A stretch of 64,000 bases of DNA from Bacteroidales bacterium (GTDB lineage: Bacteria; Bacteroidota; Bacteroidia; Bacteroidales; GCA-2748055), in assembly GCA_016936975.1 (NCBI GenBank), contig JAFGWU010000014.1:23529-87528 (forward strand). The letters run 5' to 3'. The translations under genes and the position numbers were made by a program. Numbering within the stretch: position 1 is the first letter of the stretch; each line of letters starts with the position of its first letter. Shown piece by piece: positions 27,777 to 38,700 of the stretch. The notes beneath the pieces are model-generated. The model did not search any database, had not been told where the DNA came from, and was given only the letters and a program-made list of their open reading frames with translations.

Positions 27777-28928
27777 TTATCGAATGCCAAGGTGACGGGA
27801 GATAACCAGGCGGAGGATTTCCGAGGTGCCTTCCCCGATTTCCAGGATCCTCTGATCGCGGTAAAACCGCTCAATGGGGTTCTCCTTCATCAATCCGTGT
27901 GCGCCATGAATCTGAAGGGCTTCATTTACGACTTCGCGTGCGATTTCCGATGTATAGAGCTTGGCCATGGCAGCCTCCTTGGCAAAAGGGTGATGGTGAT
28001 CCTTGAGCCAGCACGCTTTGTAGAGAAGGTTGCGGGCAAGTTCAATTTTTGTAGCCATATCTGCCAGCTTGAAACTGTTTATCTGGAAACTCCGGATGGG
28101 CTTGCCAAACTGGATTCGTTTGGAAGCATACTGCATTGCCATTTCAAAGGCGCCCTGGGCAAGACCCAGTCCCATGGCGGCAATGGAGAGCCTGCCGCCA
28201 TCAAGTGTGGCCAGCATGATCTTCGAACCCTTTCCGCGCTCTCCCAGGATATTCTCTTCAGGGACCTTCACATTGTCCAGGAATACCCTGCCGGTGTCTG
28301 CTGCACGCCACATCATCTTGGTAGTGATCAGCTCTGTACTGTAACCGGGCGTCTCCCTCGGGACAAGAATCACCGAGAGCTCCTTCCTTCCGTCGCCTTT
28401 GTCCCCGGTCACCGCCTGAACAGTGATCCCTCCGGCCATCGGGGAACCGACATTTGTGATATAAATTTTCCGGCCGTTGATAATCCAGATTCCATCCTTC
28501 AGTTCAGCAGTCGTTTCGGTATTGTTGGAATCGGAACCGGCATTGGGTTCGGTCAGTCCGAAGGCCCATAGCTTGTTCCCGGCGGTAAGCATGGGCAGAA
28601 ATCGTTTTTTCTGATCCTCGGTACCATACTGGTAAATCGGGGCAAGACCCAGGGAGTTGTGGGCTGCAACCGTTGCGGCCTGGGAACCGTCAACCCGTGC
28701 CAGCTCTTCAACAGCAATGATATAGGAGAGGGTGTCGAGTCCGATTCCGCCGTACTCCTCGGGAAGGTTAATGCGCAACAATCCCATTTCAAACATTTTC
28801 CTGGTAAGGTGTTCTGAAAAAGTGCCCGTCTCATCGAGTTCTGCAGCCAGGGGTTTAATTTCACTCTCGGCAAATTTCCTGACACGTTCCCTCAATTCCC
28901 GGTGTTTGTCGTTCAGCAATGGTTCCAT
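27777..28928 (-). CDS. Acyl-CoA dehydrogenase (probable isovaleryl-CoA dehydrogenase by context)
   Basis: FGLTEPNAGSD, NGRKIYITN, TLDGGR, RIQFGKPI, QIHGAHG, EIGEGTSEI; adjacent to the MCC genes. Confidence 0.88.
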   Translation of the reverse strand: MEPLLNDKHRELRERVRKFAESEIKPLAAELDETGTFSEHLTRKMFEMGLLRINLPEEYGGIGLDTLSYIIAVEELARVDGSQAATVAAHNSLGLAPIYQYGTEDQKKRFLPMLTAGNKLWAFGLTEPNAGSDSNNTETTAELKDGIWIINGRKIYITNVGSPMAGGITVQAVTGDKGDGRKELSVILVPRETPGYSTELITTKMMWRAADTGRVFLDNVKVPEENILGERGKGSKIMLATLDGGRLSIAAMGLGLAQGAFEMAMQYASKRIQFGKPIRSFQINSFKLADMATKIELARNLLYKACWLKDHHHPFAKEAAMAKLYTSEIAREVVNEALQIHGAHGLMKENPIERFYRDQRILEIGEGTSEILRLVISRHLGIR

Positions 28929-28935
28929 AGAGATT

Positions 28936-30939
28936 TTATGAATTAAAGGTTATTAAAAGTTTGTTGATTTCAACCTGTTCTCCTGCCGAAACATGTATTT
29001 CTTTTACTGTCGTATCCCGGGGAGAAACAATCTTGTTTTCCATTTTCATGGATTCGATAATTAGGAGGGTATCCCCTTTCATCACCTCATCACCGTTCTT
29101 CACATTGATCTGAACCACCTTCCCGTGGAGCGGTGCGGTGATCCTGCTTACATCAGTTTCTTCAGATGCCTTTCCGGTGCGGGAGAGATACCGGCTGTCG
29201 GGCATATCCAGTCTGCGAACCCTGAACAGCTGACCGTCAGGGTCCAGGTAAATATCCGACCGGTCGGTTACTCCCCAGACTTTTATCAACTGGTCATCCA
29301 TCCTGATCCAGTAGAGGTTTCCGACGGCCCGCTCCAGTGAAATATTCAGCAAACGGTCGTTCATCAGGAGTTCCATCCTTTCCCTGCCCTTTTTTAATTC
29401 ATATCCGATTCGATACTGTTTATGGTTGTGCTCCAGGATAATTTCGGGCGCCATGCGCCAGTGTCCGATCTGATGCCACGGGGATAGATCCGGCAGGTCA
29501 TCCCGGAAGGTGTTCCGGAGACTGATGAAGGCGGCGATGGAGAGGATCGTTTCGACGGACCAGAGGGTTCTGGCTCTTTCGATGCCGGAAAGGATCGTTT
29601 CCAGCTCGCTGTCGAGGTATTTTGTATGAATGGTGTTGCGGGAAAAATCGTCGGAACGGAGCAATTCAATAAGGAAATCCCGGTTGGTGGTCAATCCTGT
29701 TATCCTGTAGTCTTTCAGGGCTCTGATAAGGTGGTTCCTGGCATCGTCGCGATTACTTCCTGAAACAATCACCTTGGCAATCATCGGATCGTAGTAGGGC
29801 TCTACAAGGTTGCCTTGGGCATATCCCGAATCGATCCTCACCCAGCTGCGAACCGGTTCTTCAAGGAGGTCAATGCGTCCTGTTGAGGGCATGAATCCCT
29901 TCACGGGATCTTCAGCGTAAAGCCTTGCCTCAATGGCATGTCCCTTCCGGACAATATCCTCCTGCGAGAAAGAGAGCGGATAACCCTCTGCAATATTGAT
30001 CTGTTCCTTGACCAGGTCGATGCCGGTGACCATTTCCGTTACAGGATGCTCCACCTGTATGCGGGTATTCATCTCCAGGAAGAAAAATTCCTGGTTACCG
30101 TCGACCAGGAATTCAACGGTTCCTGCACCTGTATAGCTTATCTGGCGTACCAGCCTGATGGCACTTTCCGTGATCTTCTCCCGGGTTTCCCGGGCGAGGA
30201 AGGCCGACGGGGTTTCCTCAATGATTTTCTGGTACCGGCGCTGGAGGGAGCACTCCCTCTCATAGAGGTGAACTGCGTTGCCATGCTTGTCGGCGATCAC
30301 CTGTACTTCGATGTGCCTTGGTTTTTCAAGATACTTTTCAAGGTAGAGCTCCGGGGAACCGAAATAACTCAACGATTCACGGCCGGCCTCTTCAAGGGCG
30401 GGCCCAAGCTCTTCCGGGGAACGTACCACCCGCATCCCTTTTCCGCCACCTCCCCCGGAAGGCTTCACAAGGAGAGGGTAGGAGTAAGTTTCCTTATGGC
30501 TGAGCAGCGACTGGGAGGAACCATGATAACCCTGTAAAACAGGCACTCCCGATTTCTCCGCACTATTTCTTGCATTTGACTTATGCCCCATCAGGTCTAT
30601 AACATCCGGTGAAGGGCCGATAAATTCAATACCTGCATCGCGACAGGCCATTGCGAAGGCAGCGTTCTCTGAAAGAAACCCATAACCCGGGTGAATGGCA
30701 TCAACATGGGCGTCACGGGCAATCCTGATGATTTTTTCAATATTCAGGTAGGTATCCGACAGGGATCCTTCGCCAAGAGGGAAGGCCTCATCTGCCATGG
30801 TCACAAAGGGTAGGTCGCGGTCATAACGGGAATGAATCACTACAGCGAGTTTGTCGAGTTCCCTGATGGCGCGGATGATGCGTACCGCAATCTCGCCACG
30901 ATTGGCAATGAGTATCTTATGAAATTTTTTCCTATTCAA
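28936..30939 (-). CDS. mccA: 3-methylcrotonyl-CoA carboxylase alpha subunit (biotin carboxylase plus BCCP)
   Basis: ILIANRGEIA, HPGYGFLSEN, GGGGGKGMR, RECSLQRR, EMNTRIQVEH, YYDPMIAK, biotinyl ESMKM. Probable TTG start at 30939 overlaps the upstream stop. Confidence 0.88.
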   Translation of the reverse strand: MNRKKFHKILIANRGEIAVRIIRAIRELDKLAVVIHSRYDRDLPFVTMADEAFPLGEGSLSDTYLNIEKIIRIARDAHVDAIHPGYGFLSENAAFAMACRDAGIEFIGPSPDVIDLMGHKSNARNSAEKSGVPVLQGYHGSSQSLLSHKETYSYPLLVKPSGGGGGKGMRVVRSPEELGPALEEAGRESLSYFGSPELYLEKYLEKPRHIEVQVIADKHGNAVHLYERECSLQRRYQKIIEETPSAFLARETREKITESAIRLVRQISYTGAGTVEFLVDGNQEFFFLEMNTRIQVEHPVTEMVTGIDLVKEQINIAEGYPLSFSQEDIVRKGHAIEARLYAEDPVKGFMPSTGRIDLLEEPVRSWVRIDSGYAQGNLVEPYYDPMIAKVIVSGSNRDDARNHLIRALKDYRITGLTTNRDFLIELLRSDDFSRNTIHTKYLDSELETILSGIERARTLWSVETILSIAAFISLRNTFRDDLPDLSPWHQIGHWRMAPEIILEHNHKQYRIGYELKKGRERMELLMNDRLLNISLERAVGNLYWIRMDDQLIKVWGVTDRSDIYLDPDGQLFRVRRLDMPDSRYLSRTGKASEETDVSRITAPLHGKVVQINVKNGDEVMKGDTLLIIESMKMENKIVSPRDTTVKEIHVSAGEQVEINKLLITFNS

Positions 30940-31720
30940 TCCAGTTTGGTTTTCGTTTTTCCAGGAAGGCAAGCATCCCCTCCTGTCCTTCCGGTGAGGT
31001 GCGGAACCCGGCAATCAGCTGGGAGGTATCCTCCGGAAGATCTTTGTTGCCGGGATCTTTTTCGATGTACCGGATCAGTTCCTTGACCCCGGAGAGTGCG
31101 GAAGGGCCGCTTGTTTTCAAAATGGCAATCAATCTCTCGAGCGCCTGGTCCAGCCCGCCCGGCTTACAGAGCTGGTGGATGAGTCCGATCTCAAAAGCTT
31201 CAATAGCATCAAACCTGCGCCCGGTAAGCATCAGTTCCCGTGCCCTGCTGCTTCCTGTTTTCCTGATAATATGGGGCGCAATGGTTGCAGGAATCAGACC
31301 AAGCTTTACCTCAGAGAATGCAAAGGTGGCAGTGTCGTCGGCAAAGGCAATATCACAAGCCGCAATAATACCGTTGGCCCCGCCCATTACCTTTCCGTGA
31401 ACGGCACATACCGTAACCTTACTGCACTCATAAATGCGCGCAAAGAGACCAGAAAGCTCCATGCTTTCGGAGACCAGCTGGTCATGCGGTTGATTCAGGC
31501 CCGTCTTCATCCAGTTCAGATCCGCACCCGAACAGAAATGCTCCCCTTCCGACCGGATAATGATCATGCGGATTTCGGGATCCCTGTTAAATTCCTGGAT
31601 CACAGAGGATATTTCCCGAATCATTTCAAGGTTCAGGGCGTTGAAAACGGCAGGCCGATCCAGTATTATGGATGCGACCCGGTTCTTGACGGAGATCTTT
31701 ATGGTCTGGAAACGGTTCAT
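30932..31720 (-). CDS. liuC: Crotonase-family hydratase, probable methylglutaconyl-CoA hydratase
   Basis: NAL, FCSGADLNWM, GGANG, FSEVKLGLIPATIAP, EGQEGMLAFLEKRKP. Lies between the MCC beta and alpha genes, as in liuBCD. Confidence 0.85.
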   Translation of the reverse strand: MNRFQTIKISVKNRVASIILDRPAVFNALNLEMIREISSVIQEFNRDPEIRMIIIRSEGEHFCSGADLNWMKTGLNQPHDQLVSESMELSGLFARIYECSKVTVCAVHGKVMGGANGIIAACDIAFADDTATFAFSEVKLGLIPATIAPHIIRKTGSSRARELMLTGRRFDAIEAFEIGLIHQLCKPGGLDQALERLIAILKTSGPSALSGVKELIRYIEKDPGNKDLPEDTSQLIAGFRTSPEGQEGMLAFLEKRKPNWIE

Positions 31721-31721
31721 T

Positions 31722-33329
31722 TTACATCCTGTATATACCCACCCGGGGTTCTTCAAATTTTTTATTCAGAGACATAGAAATGGCCAGGGCGATAATTCTT
31801 CTTGTATCCTTCGGATCGATTATTCCATCGTCCCATAACCTCGAGGTACTGTAATAGGCTGAGCCCTCTTTTTCGTATTTTTCGAGAATCGGTTTCCTGA
31901 TGGCCTTTCGCTCTTCATCGGAAAGTGTTTTTCCCTGTTCCCTTAACTGGTCTTCCTTGATGGTGGCAAGCACATCAGCTGCCTGCTCCCCCCCCATGAC
32001 ACTGATTTTTGCTTCCGGCCACATGAATAGCAATCTTGGTTCATAGGCCCGTCCCGACATGGCGTAATTGCCCGCCCCGAAAGAGCCCCCGAAAATAACG
32101 GTGAACCTTGGTACGCGGGTATTGGCTACGGCATGAACCATCTTTGCGCCGTCCTTGGCAATCCCCTCCTGTTCATAATCCTTCCCCACCATGAAACCAG
32201 CAATGTTCTGGAGAAACAGAATTGGAATTCCCCGGTGATTGCAAAGCTCAACAAAGTGGGTTCCCTTGAGGGAGGATTCACTGAAGAGGATGCCGTTATT
32301 GCCGATAATGCCGACCGGGAAGCCCATAATGCGCGCAAATCCCGTAACAAGGGTGGTCCCATAGTTCTGTTTAAATTCAGAGAATTCACTCCCGTCGACG
32401 ATCCGTGCAATTATTTCCCTCACATCCACCGGTTGCCGGAAACTTTCCGGCAGGATCCCGTAAAGCTCATCAGGATCATAAAGCGGGTCTTTTACAGGGG
32501 AACGATCCATACTCTGCCTTTGGGGAATCTGAATGGTTTCAAAAATATCCCGGCAGATTTGCAGTGCATGCTGGTCACTCTCCGCAAGATGGTCTGCAAC
32601 ACCCGATTTCGTTGTATGTACCAGGCCTCCTCCCAGCTCCTCCGCAGTGACCTCTTCACCGGTGGCCGCTTTAACAAGCGGTGGCCCCCCGAGGAAAATG
32701 GTTCCCTGATCCTTCACGATAATGGTCTCATCACTCATGGCCGGGACATAAGCCCCGCCGGCTGTGCATGAACCCATGACTATGGAGATCTGGGGAATAC
32801 CGGTGGCCGATAAGCGGGCCTGGTTGTAAAAAATCCTGCCGAAATCATCCCGGTCAGGAAATACATCAGCCTGGTTCGGAAGAAAGACACCACCCGAATC
32901 AACAAGGTAAATACAGGGTAATCCGTTTTGCATGGCTATCTCCTGGGCACGGAGATGCTTTTTGATTGTTTCCTCAATGTAGGTCCCACCTTTAACGGTC
33001 GCATCATTGGCCACAATCATGACTTCCTTTCCCTGAATAAGTCCGATACCTGTAACAATACCGGCCGAGGGGAACTGGTTGTCGTACTGACCGAAGGCGG
33101 CAAGGGATGAGAGCTCGAGAAATGGGGTGTTGGGATCGACCAGCATGTTTATGCGATCCCGCACGAGCAACTTACCTCTTCTGGTATGCTTTTCCCGCGC
33201 GCTCTCCGGCCCCCCCATGCTCACCTCCGAAAGTCGTTTCTTTAACAGGTTCACCGACGCTGTATAACGGTTCTTTCGTGACTTGAATTCTTCTGAAGAG
33301 GTATCGATTTTAGAAACCAAGGTTTTCAA
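31722..33329 (-). CDS. mccB: 3-methylcrotonyl-CoA carboxylase beta subunit (carboxyltransferase)
   Basis: [73 protein letters not shown]. Confidence 0.92.
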   Translation of the reverse strand: MKTLVSKIDTSSEEFKSRKNRYTASVNLLKKRLSEVSMGGPESAREKHTRRGKLLVRDRINMLVDPNTPFLELSSLAAFGQYDNQFPSAGIVTGIGLIQGKEVMIVANDATVKGGTYIEETIKKHLRAQEIAMQNGLPCIYLVDSGGVFLPNQADVFPDRDDFGRIFYNQARLSATGIPQISIVMGSCTAGGAYVPAMSDETIIVKDQGTIFLGGPPLVKAATGEEVTAEELGGGLVHTTKSGVADHLAESDQHALQICRDIFETIQIPQRQSMDRSPVKDPLYDPDELYGILPESFRQPVDVREIIARIVDGSEFSEFKQNYGTTLVTGFARIMGFPVGIIGNNGILFSESSLKGTHFVELCNHRGIPILFLQNIAGFMVGKDYEQEGIAKDGAKMVHAVANTRVPRFTVIFGGSFGAGNYAMSGRAYEPRLLFMWPEAKISVMGGEQAADVLATIKEDQLREQGKTLSDEERKAIRKPILEKYEKEGSAYYSTSRLWDDGIIDPKDTRRIIALAISMSLNKKFEEPRVGIYRM

Positions 33330-33688
33330 TGCAGTCCGGGTTCAGTTCAGTTCTTAATAACAGAAATGAATCAGTTTTGTTTAAAAGTCAGTCCTGAAAT
33401 TAAAACAAAAAGAAGCTTTGCTGATTCAACGCGATAAGTTACATCATATAAAATTTGCATCAAAATATTACACAGCATAGTTCTGGCACTATTCCCCGCC
33501 GTCCGGCAATGTCTGTGCTTACATGTTCCCCTGTGGCAGTCACGGGAGAGTTTCCGGTAAAAATAATTTTGTTAAATTAAATGCCACACAGAGTCAAAAT
33601 GTGGCTCAGTATTGTAAAATATGTAATTTGATGGCAATGCTTTATATTACAGCATTTATTGTAACTTGTTCGCATTAATTAAAATTGA

Positions 33689-35563
33689 ATGGTTCTCAAT
33701 CTTTCCAGGGCACTGAAGAAAAATACAGACCCGGCCGCCAGAATGCCTGGCCGGTCTGAAGAGGCGGTATCTTTAAACGATCGGGCATACCTGCCCGTTC
33801 CGCTTTATTCGGAGGAAACCGTTTTGCTTCCTGAAATGATTAAGATCAATCCCTACTTCACTCATTTCCTGACATCCGATGGATTGACATGGCTTATATC
33901 CCAGGATAATCCAATCATTCACGATCATATCGCCGGTTTAACAGACTGGTCGGTCAAATATCACACCAGCAGTTCCCTTAAAAAGATTAAAAGGGCCAGG
34001 ATGCAGACCGATATCAGGAGTTACATCAATTATCTGCGAAAGGTGGAATTTTCGGGGTCGGATAATCTGGTGGAGGTGGCGGGCTCGCCGGATAAAGAGT
34101 CTGTGATTGCGGCACTTGTTTCCGTTTCCAGGTCAGGGGACAGAAAACAGATACCTCTAATCATTGCACTTTTCAGGGATCCACATGTCGAAATTGCCAT
34201 GGCGGCTATTGAAACGGCTGAGATACTTAAGGCCGTGGAGGCTGCTCCCATTCTGGCAGAATATCTTGCCAATCCAAAGCTTTACAGCTATGCATGGTCC
34301 GCACTGGTCAATACAGGGGAGGAGGTTGTTGTTCATCTTGAAAAAGCCTTTCACAGACCAGAGCCAACGAATACGATGCTTATCAGGATCATCCGGGCCA
34401 TGACCGTCATTGGTGGAGACAGAATAAACAGGTCCCTGTTCAGGGGAATGGAGCTTCATCGCAGGGAGGTATTTTTCGAGGCTGCAAAAGCATTGTATAT
34501 TAATAATTTTGTCGTATCCGCGGAGGAGAAGCCTTTTTTGCTGAAACATATCGATGAACTGCTGGAGACGGGAGCCTGGAATCTGGTAGCAAGACAGATT
34601 ATTAGAAATGAAGGGAAACATGGCGGTTTGCTTGCCGCTGTTGAGGATGAAATAAGACACACCAATGAGTTGCTATTCATGCTTCTGGGTGTAACATACA
34701 GGAAGAGTTCCATAAGACAGATCAGGCACTCGCTGGAGAATCCCGGGAATCACGATACTGCTGATGCAGTGAAGTTACTGAAACTGATGGTCGATAAACC
34801 TCTGAGAGACCGGCTGGATTGTTATGTAAAAACCTTAACCGGCTCACTAAGGATTGGAAGGTTGAGGAATATGTTCCTGCTGGAGATGCCGGCCTACCAC
34901 AATCTTCTTAAGGCAATCGTGACAATGGATGGAATGCGGCTGGGTAACTACATCAGGATTTGTGCCATAGAAGAGCTTGGTCGGCTCCGGCGGGAAGAGG
35001 ATGAACCCACGATCACTGCTCAATTGTTCCATCCTCTCCCGGTCATCAGGGAATCGGCCCGGGTGGTGATGAAGGAAAAATACGGGAAGCGTTATAAAGA
35101 GATTGAGGAGCGGTTACATTCTGAACTCCCGCTTCAGGAGGAGATACTCCCTGGAAATAAACATTCCCATATTCATCCGGGATCAGCAAGAATGGAGGAT
35201 CTGAGGCACTGGAGACTTTTTGAAAGAGTGGACCTGAATGAGCTGTTGAAACTGGCATGGTCACTGGAGCCGTTTAAAAAAGAGCATATGGAGGATGACC
35301 GGTATGTTACCCTGCTCCGGTCGAACATGTCAGGGAACGGTTCGGTCTACAATTCCGGATTGGTTATCCATCCTGGTTATCATCAGGATTTGGGCGATCT
35401 GATTGTCCGGATAGCCTCAGAAGAGGGCGCTTCGGTTTACCAGGCAGGGATCGCAGGTCTGAAAGAGTTATTGTTTGACAATTCCGGTTTACTGAATTGT
35501 TTCCACGATCTGTTTGTGGGAACCAGGTTAAAAGATCTTAAATCTTCCCTGAAAAAGGATTGA
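33689..35563 (+). CDS. HEAT-repeat protein of unknown function
   Basis: Repeated amphipathic helix pairs (IPLIIALFRDPHVEIAMAAIETA, AWSALVNTG, HPLPVIRESA). Confidence 0.7.
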   Translation: MVLNLSRALKKNTDPAARMPGRSEEAVSLNDRAYLPVPLYSEETVLLPEMIKINPYFTHFLTSDGLTWLISQDNPIIHDHIAGLTDWSVKYHTSSSLKKIKRARMQTDIRSYINYLRKVEFSGSDNLVEVAGSPDKESVIAALVSVSRSGDRKQIPLIIALFRDPHVEIAMAAIETAEILKAVEAAPILAEYLANPKLYSYAWSALVNTGEEVVVHLEKAFHRPEPTNTMLIRIIRAMTVIGGDRINRSLFRGMELHRREVFFEAAKALYINNFVVSAEEKPFLLKHIDELLETGAWNLVARQIIRNEGKHGGLLAAVEDEIRHTNELLFMLLGVTYRKSSIRQIRHSLENPGNHDTADAVKLLKLMVDKPLRDRLDCYVKTLTGSLRIGRLRNMFLLEMPAYHNLLKAIVTMDGMRLGNYIRICAIEELGRLRREEDEPTITAQLFHPLPVIRESARVVMKEKYGKRYKEIEERLHSELPLQEEILPGNKHSHIHPGSARMEDLRHWRLFERVDLNELLKLAWSLEPFKKEHMEDDRYVTLLRSNMSGNGSVYNSGLVIHPGYHQDLGDLIVRIASEEGASVYQAGIAGLKELLFDNSGLLNCFHDLFVGTRLKDLKSSLKKD

Positions 35564-35782
35564 TGGATAGCCTGAGGAACAGGCTTATTTCGGGAAGATT
35601 TGCTAAATTGCGGGCAAATAGAGCCCATGTAATAATATTATACCCCGTTTTGAACAGGTGGTAGAACTGTTCGGCCAAAATTAAGACAAGGTTCAGGATT
35701 ATGGATGTTCCCCATAGGACCATCCTCACTTAACTTTTTCTGATCAACCGGATGAGCAGGAACAATGTGATTTAAGAAGGAT

Positions 35783-38700
35783 ATGACACCGAAAAACCCG
35801 TTTCCCGGATTACGACCCTTCACACTGGAAGAAGCCAATCTTTTTTTCGGTCGTGAAAAACAGGTCAGGGCAGTACTGAAACTGCTTAATTCCAATGGGA
35901 TCGTGTTCGTTACAGGCGTACCGGGAATCGGTAAGACATCTCTGGTCCAATGCGGAGTAGCTCAGGAGTTTTTGAAAACGGCGGGTGAATCGGCCAGAAT
36001 TATCAGCTTCTGCCCGGGGGTCGATCCGATAAGGAGCCTGGTGGATGCGTTTATGAAAAATTTCCCCGGCAAAATCGGGGCAATGGAGGATGTAGTATTG
36101 CTGAATGGGGATGTGACATTGGAATCCTGGCTTAAAGAACACGATCTTATGCATTTCAATTTTCTGCTGATCATCGATAAATTGGAGGAGATATTCAGGG
36201 ATGCTACATTACACGATACAAAGACCGGGGATAACCGGGTGAAAAGATTTGTTGATCTGATTTCCGGGGCAGTTCATGTGCCGGAGCATAAAATCCGGGT
36301 GGCAATTACAATACGGTCGGAAAGGATTGGAGAGTGTTCCGCCTGCAGTGAACTAACCGGTTTGCTCAACAGGAGCCATTATATGTTACCGGTGATGACC
36401 CGTGATAATTACAGGGAGGTCATTGAAGGTCCTTTAAAACAGGCCGGTGTTTCCATAGATGGGAATCTGCTCACACAATTACTGGATGAGACGGGAGAAT
36501 TTGTCAACCGGCTTCCCATGCTCCAGCATGCCATGATGCGGACATTTGATCACTGGAAGGTCCAGAATAAACCTTCAAAGCCATTGTCTGTTATAAATTA
36601 TGAGTCCACCGGAACGCTTCTCAAGGCAGTTTCCCAACATGCTGATGAGGCCTTTTCCGAACTGGGAGAGAAGCAAAAGGAAATCTGCCAGATCTTCTTT
36701 AAAACAATAACGGAAAAAAACGGGGTTGCTGAAGGAATCAGCAGGCCGGCCACTATCGGGAAGATTGCCGGTATTGCTCAATGTGCAACAGAAGAGGTTA
36801 TCGGGGTTGTAAATCATTTCAGGTCGGAGGGAAGAATCTTTTTAACCCCCTGTCATCCTCAGAAATTACTGCCTGCAAGTACAGTTGATCTTTCCCATGA
36901 GTTATTGATGCAATATTGGGATAAATTACGGTTATGGGTTGAGGAGGAGGCCTCATCGGTAGCGATGTACAGGAAACTGGTTAAAGCCTCCGCACTTTAT
37001 CAGGCCGGCCGGATCGGACTGCTGAGGCCGCCCGACCTCGATCTTGCCCTGAGGTGGAAAGAAGAACAAAAACCCCGGCTCGAATGGGCCGCTCAATACA
37101 ATCCGGCCTTTGAGCGGTCGATGCTTTATCTGAACCTGAGTCAGGAAGAATATTTAAAGGAGCAAAATAAAGCGGTCAGATTGCAGAAGAGGAAGTTAAG
37201 GATGCCGCTCATTATTACAGGTGTGGCAGGCATTATGGCAGTGACAGCAACCGGCTTGTTTTTCGGGACCAGGGAAGGATCCAGGCAGGTCGAGGTGGCT
37301 TCAAATGTGGGGGCACCCTCTTTGGAGACTCCGGAACCGGTCGGATTCGAAGCTGAAGTTTTTCCGGAAGATACTTTGCTGTCCACGGCAACAACTCTGG
37401 AAAACCGGGAGCCTGAACAAAGGGAAGAAGAACCTGATTCCCGGCAGGAATCCACTCTCCGGGAAAATATTGAACAGGAGAGAAGGGAGGTCAGGATTGC
37501 AAGGACGACCTCACAGGAAGCCCGCCGCCAGCAGCAGGTCGCTGCACAGAATGAACAGGCCGCGGTTGAGCAGATGGAACAGGCGGAGACGGAACGGCAG
37601 AGAGAATATCGTAACAGGCTCATCTCAAAAGCTAAATCCATTGCTGTGAGATCACTCCAGTTGAGCGACGATCCGGACCTGCAGGCATTGCTTGCTGTTC
37701 AGGCTTACCGGTTTAACTCGGAAAACGGGGGATACCGTTATGATGCCGACATATACCGGGGGCTGTACAACGCCCTTAAAAGCAAAATTTCAGACGGCTA
37801 TAATGTGTATAGCGGACATAACTACTCCGTCAGGTCCCTTGCGTGGTATAAGAGAAGAAATGGATTTCTGAGCGCCGACAGCCAGGGAAAAATTCTCTTC
37901 ATGTCCGGCGATTTTCGGAATAACAGGTCCAATTCGTTAATCGCCAATACCGGGCACGTCAATGAAGCAGTCGCAATCAGCCCTGATGAAACCCTTTTTG
38001 CCTGCGGGACAGATGGTGGGGGATTATATGTTTTTCAGATGTCGGACCCCTCGGAGAATTACAGCTTCAGGGAAGCCCACGGGGGGAAAGTGCAGATGCT
38101 TGCATTCTATGATAGCGGGAGGAGACTGGTTTCTGCCGGAGCTGATAACACAATCATGAAATGGAATCTCAACAGCCGGACGGGAGAGTTATTCGCTCAG
38201 CTAGAATCCAGGCCGACATCAATGGCTGTCTCAAATGCTTTAACGCACCTGGTCGTTGGAACAAGAGACGGAAAACTGGTGGAGTACCTTTTCGAAAATC
38301 CGGGTGATGGAAGGATTTTATACCATAACTCCGGAAATCCGGTCATGGCCGTAACATATAGTCCCAATGACAATCAGGTCGTCATTGGAACGCTGGATGG
38401 ATCGGTAAGGATAATCAACCGAAGCAATATATCTTCTGTGATAACCGTAAAGGGGCCGGAAGCACGGGTAACTGATCTGGCTTACAGTAATAACGGAAAA
38501 TTCCTGGCTGCTGCCTCGCATGATGGCAATGTTTACCTCTGGGAAACATCTGATTGGAACGAACAACCGGTAGTGGTGGGAGATAACCAGGGATTTGTAC
38601 TGACCCTCTGTTTCAGCGATGACAGCCGGCATTTCTACAGCGGAAGCACAAAAGCCCCATTGCTGATTGGAAGGCCCGTGGAATCTTCCCTGATGGTGAA

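Noticed and set aside
27609..28571. 320-aa plus-strand ORF, and similar long antisense ORFs at 49627-50505, 54627-55394, 14451-15104 and 32133-32771
   Set aside because: These are shadow frames opposite well-conserved genes and have no recognisable motifs.
30940..31014. N-terminal extension or frameshift fusion of MCC alpha with the hydratase
   Set aside because: More simply explained by a TTG start at 30939 overlapping the hydratase stop codon.
33480..33610. Cobalamin riboswitch or leader RNA upstream of the liu-mevalonate operon
   Set aside because: Only short GCCAC/GGGAA-like fragments; no full B12-box architecture can be supported by eye.
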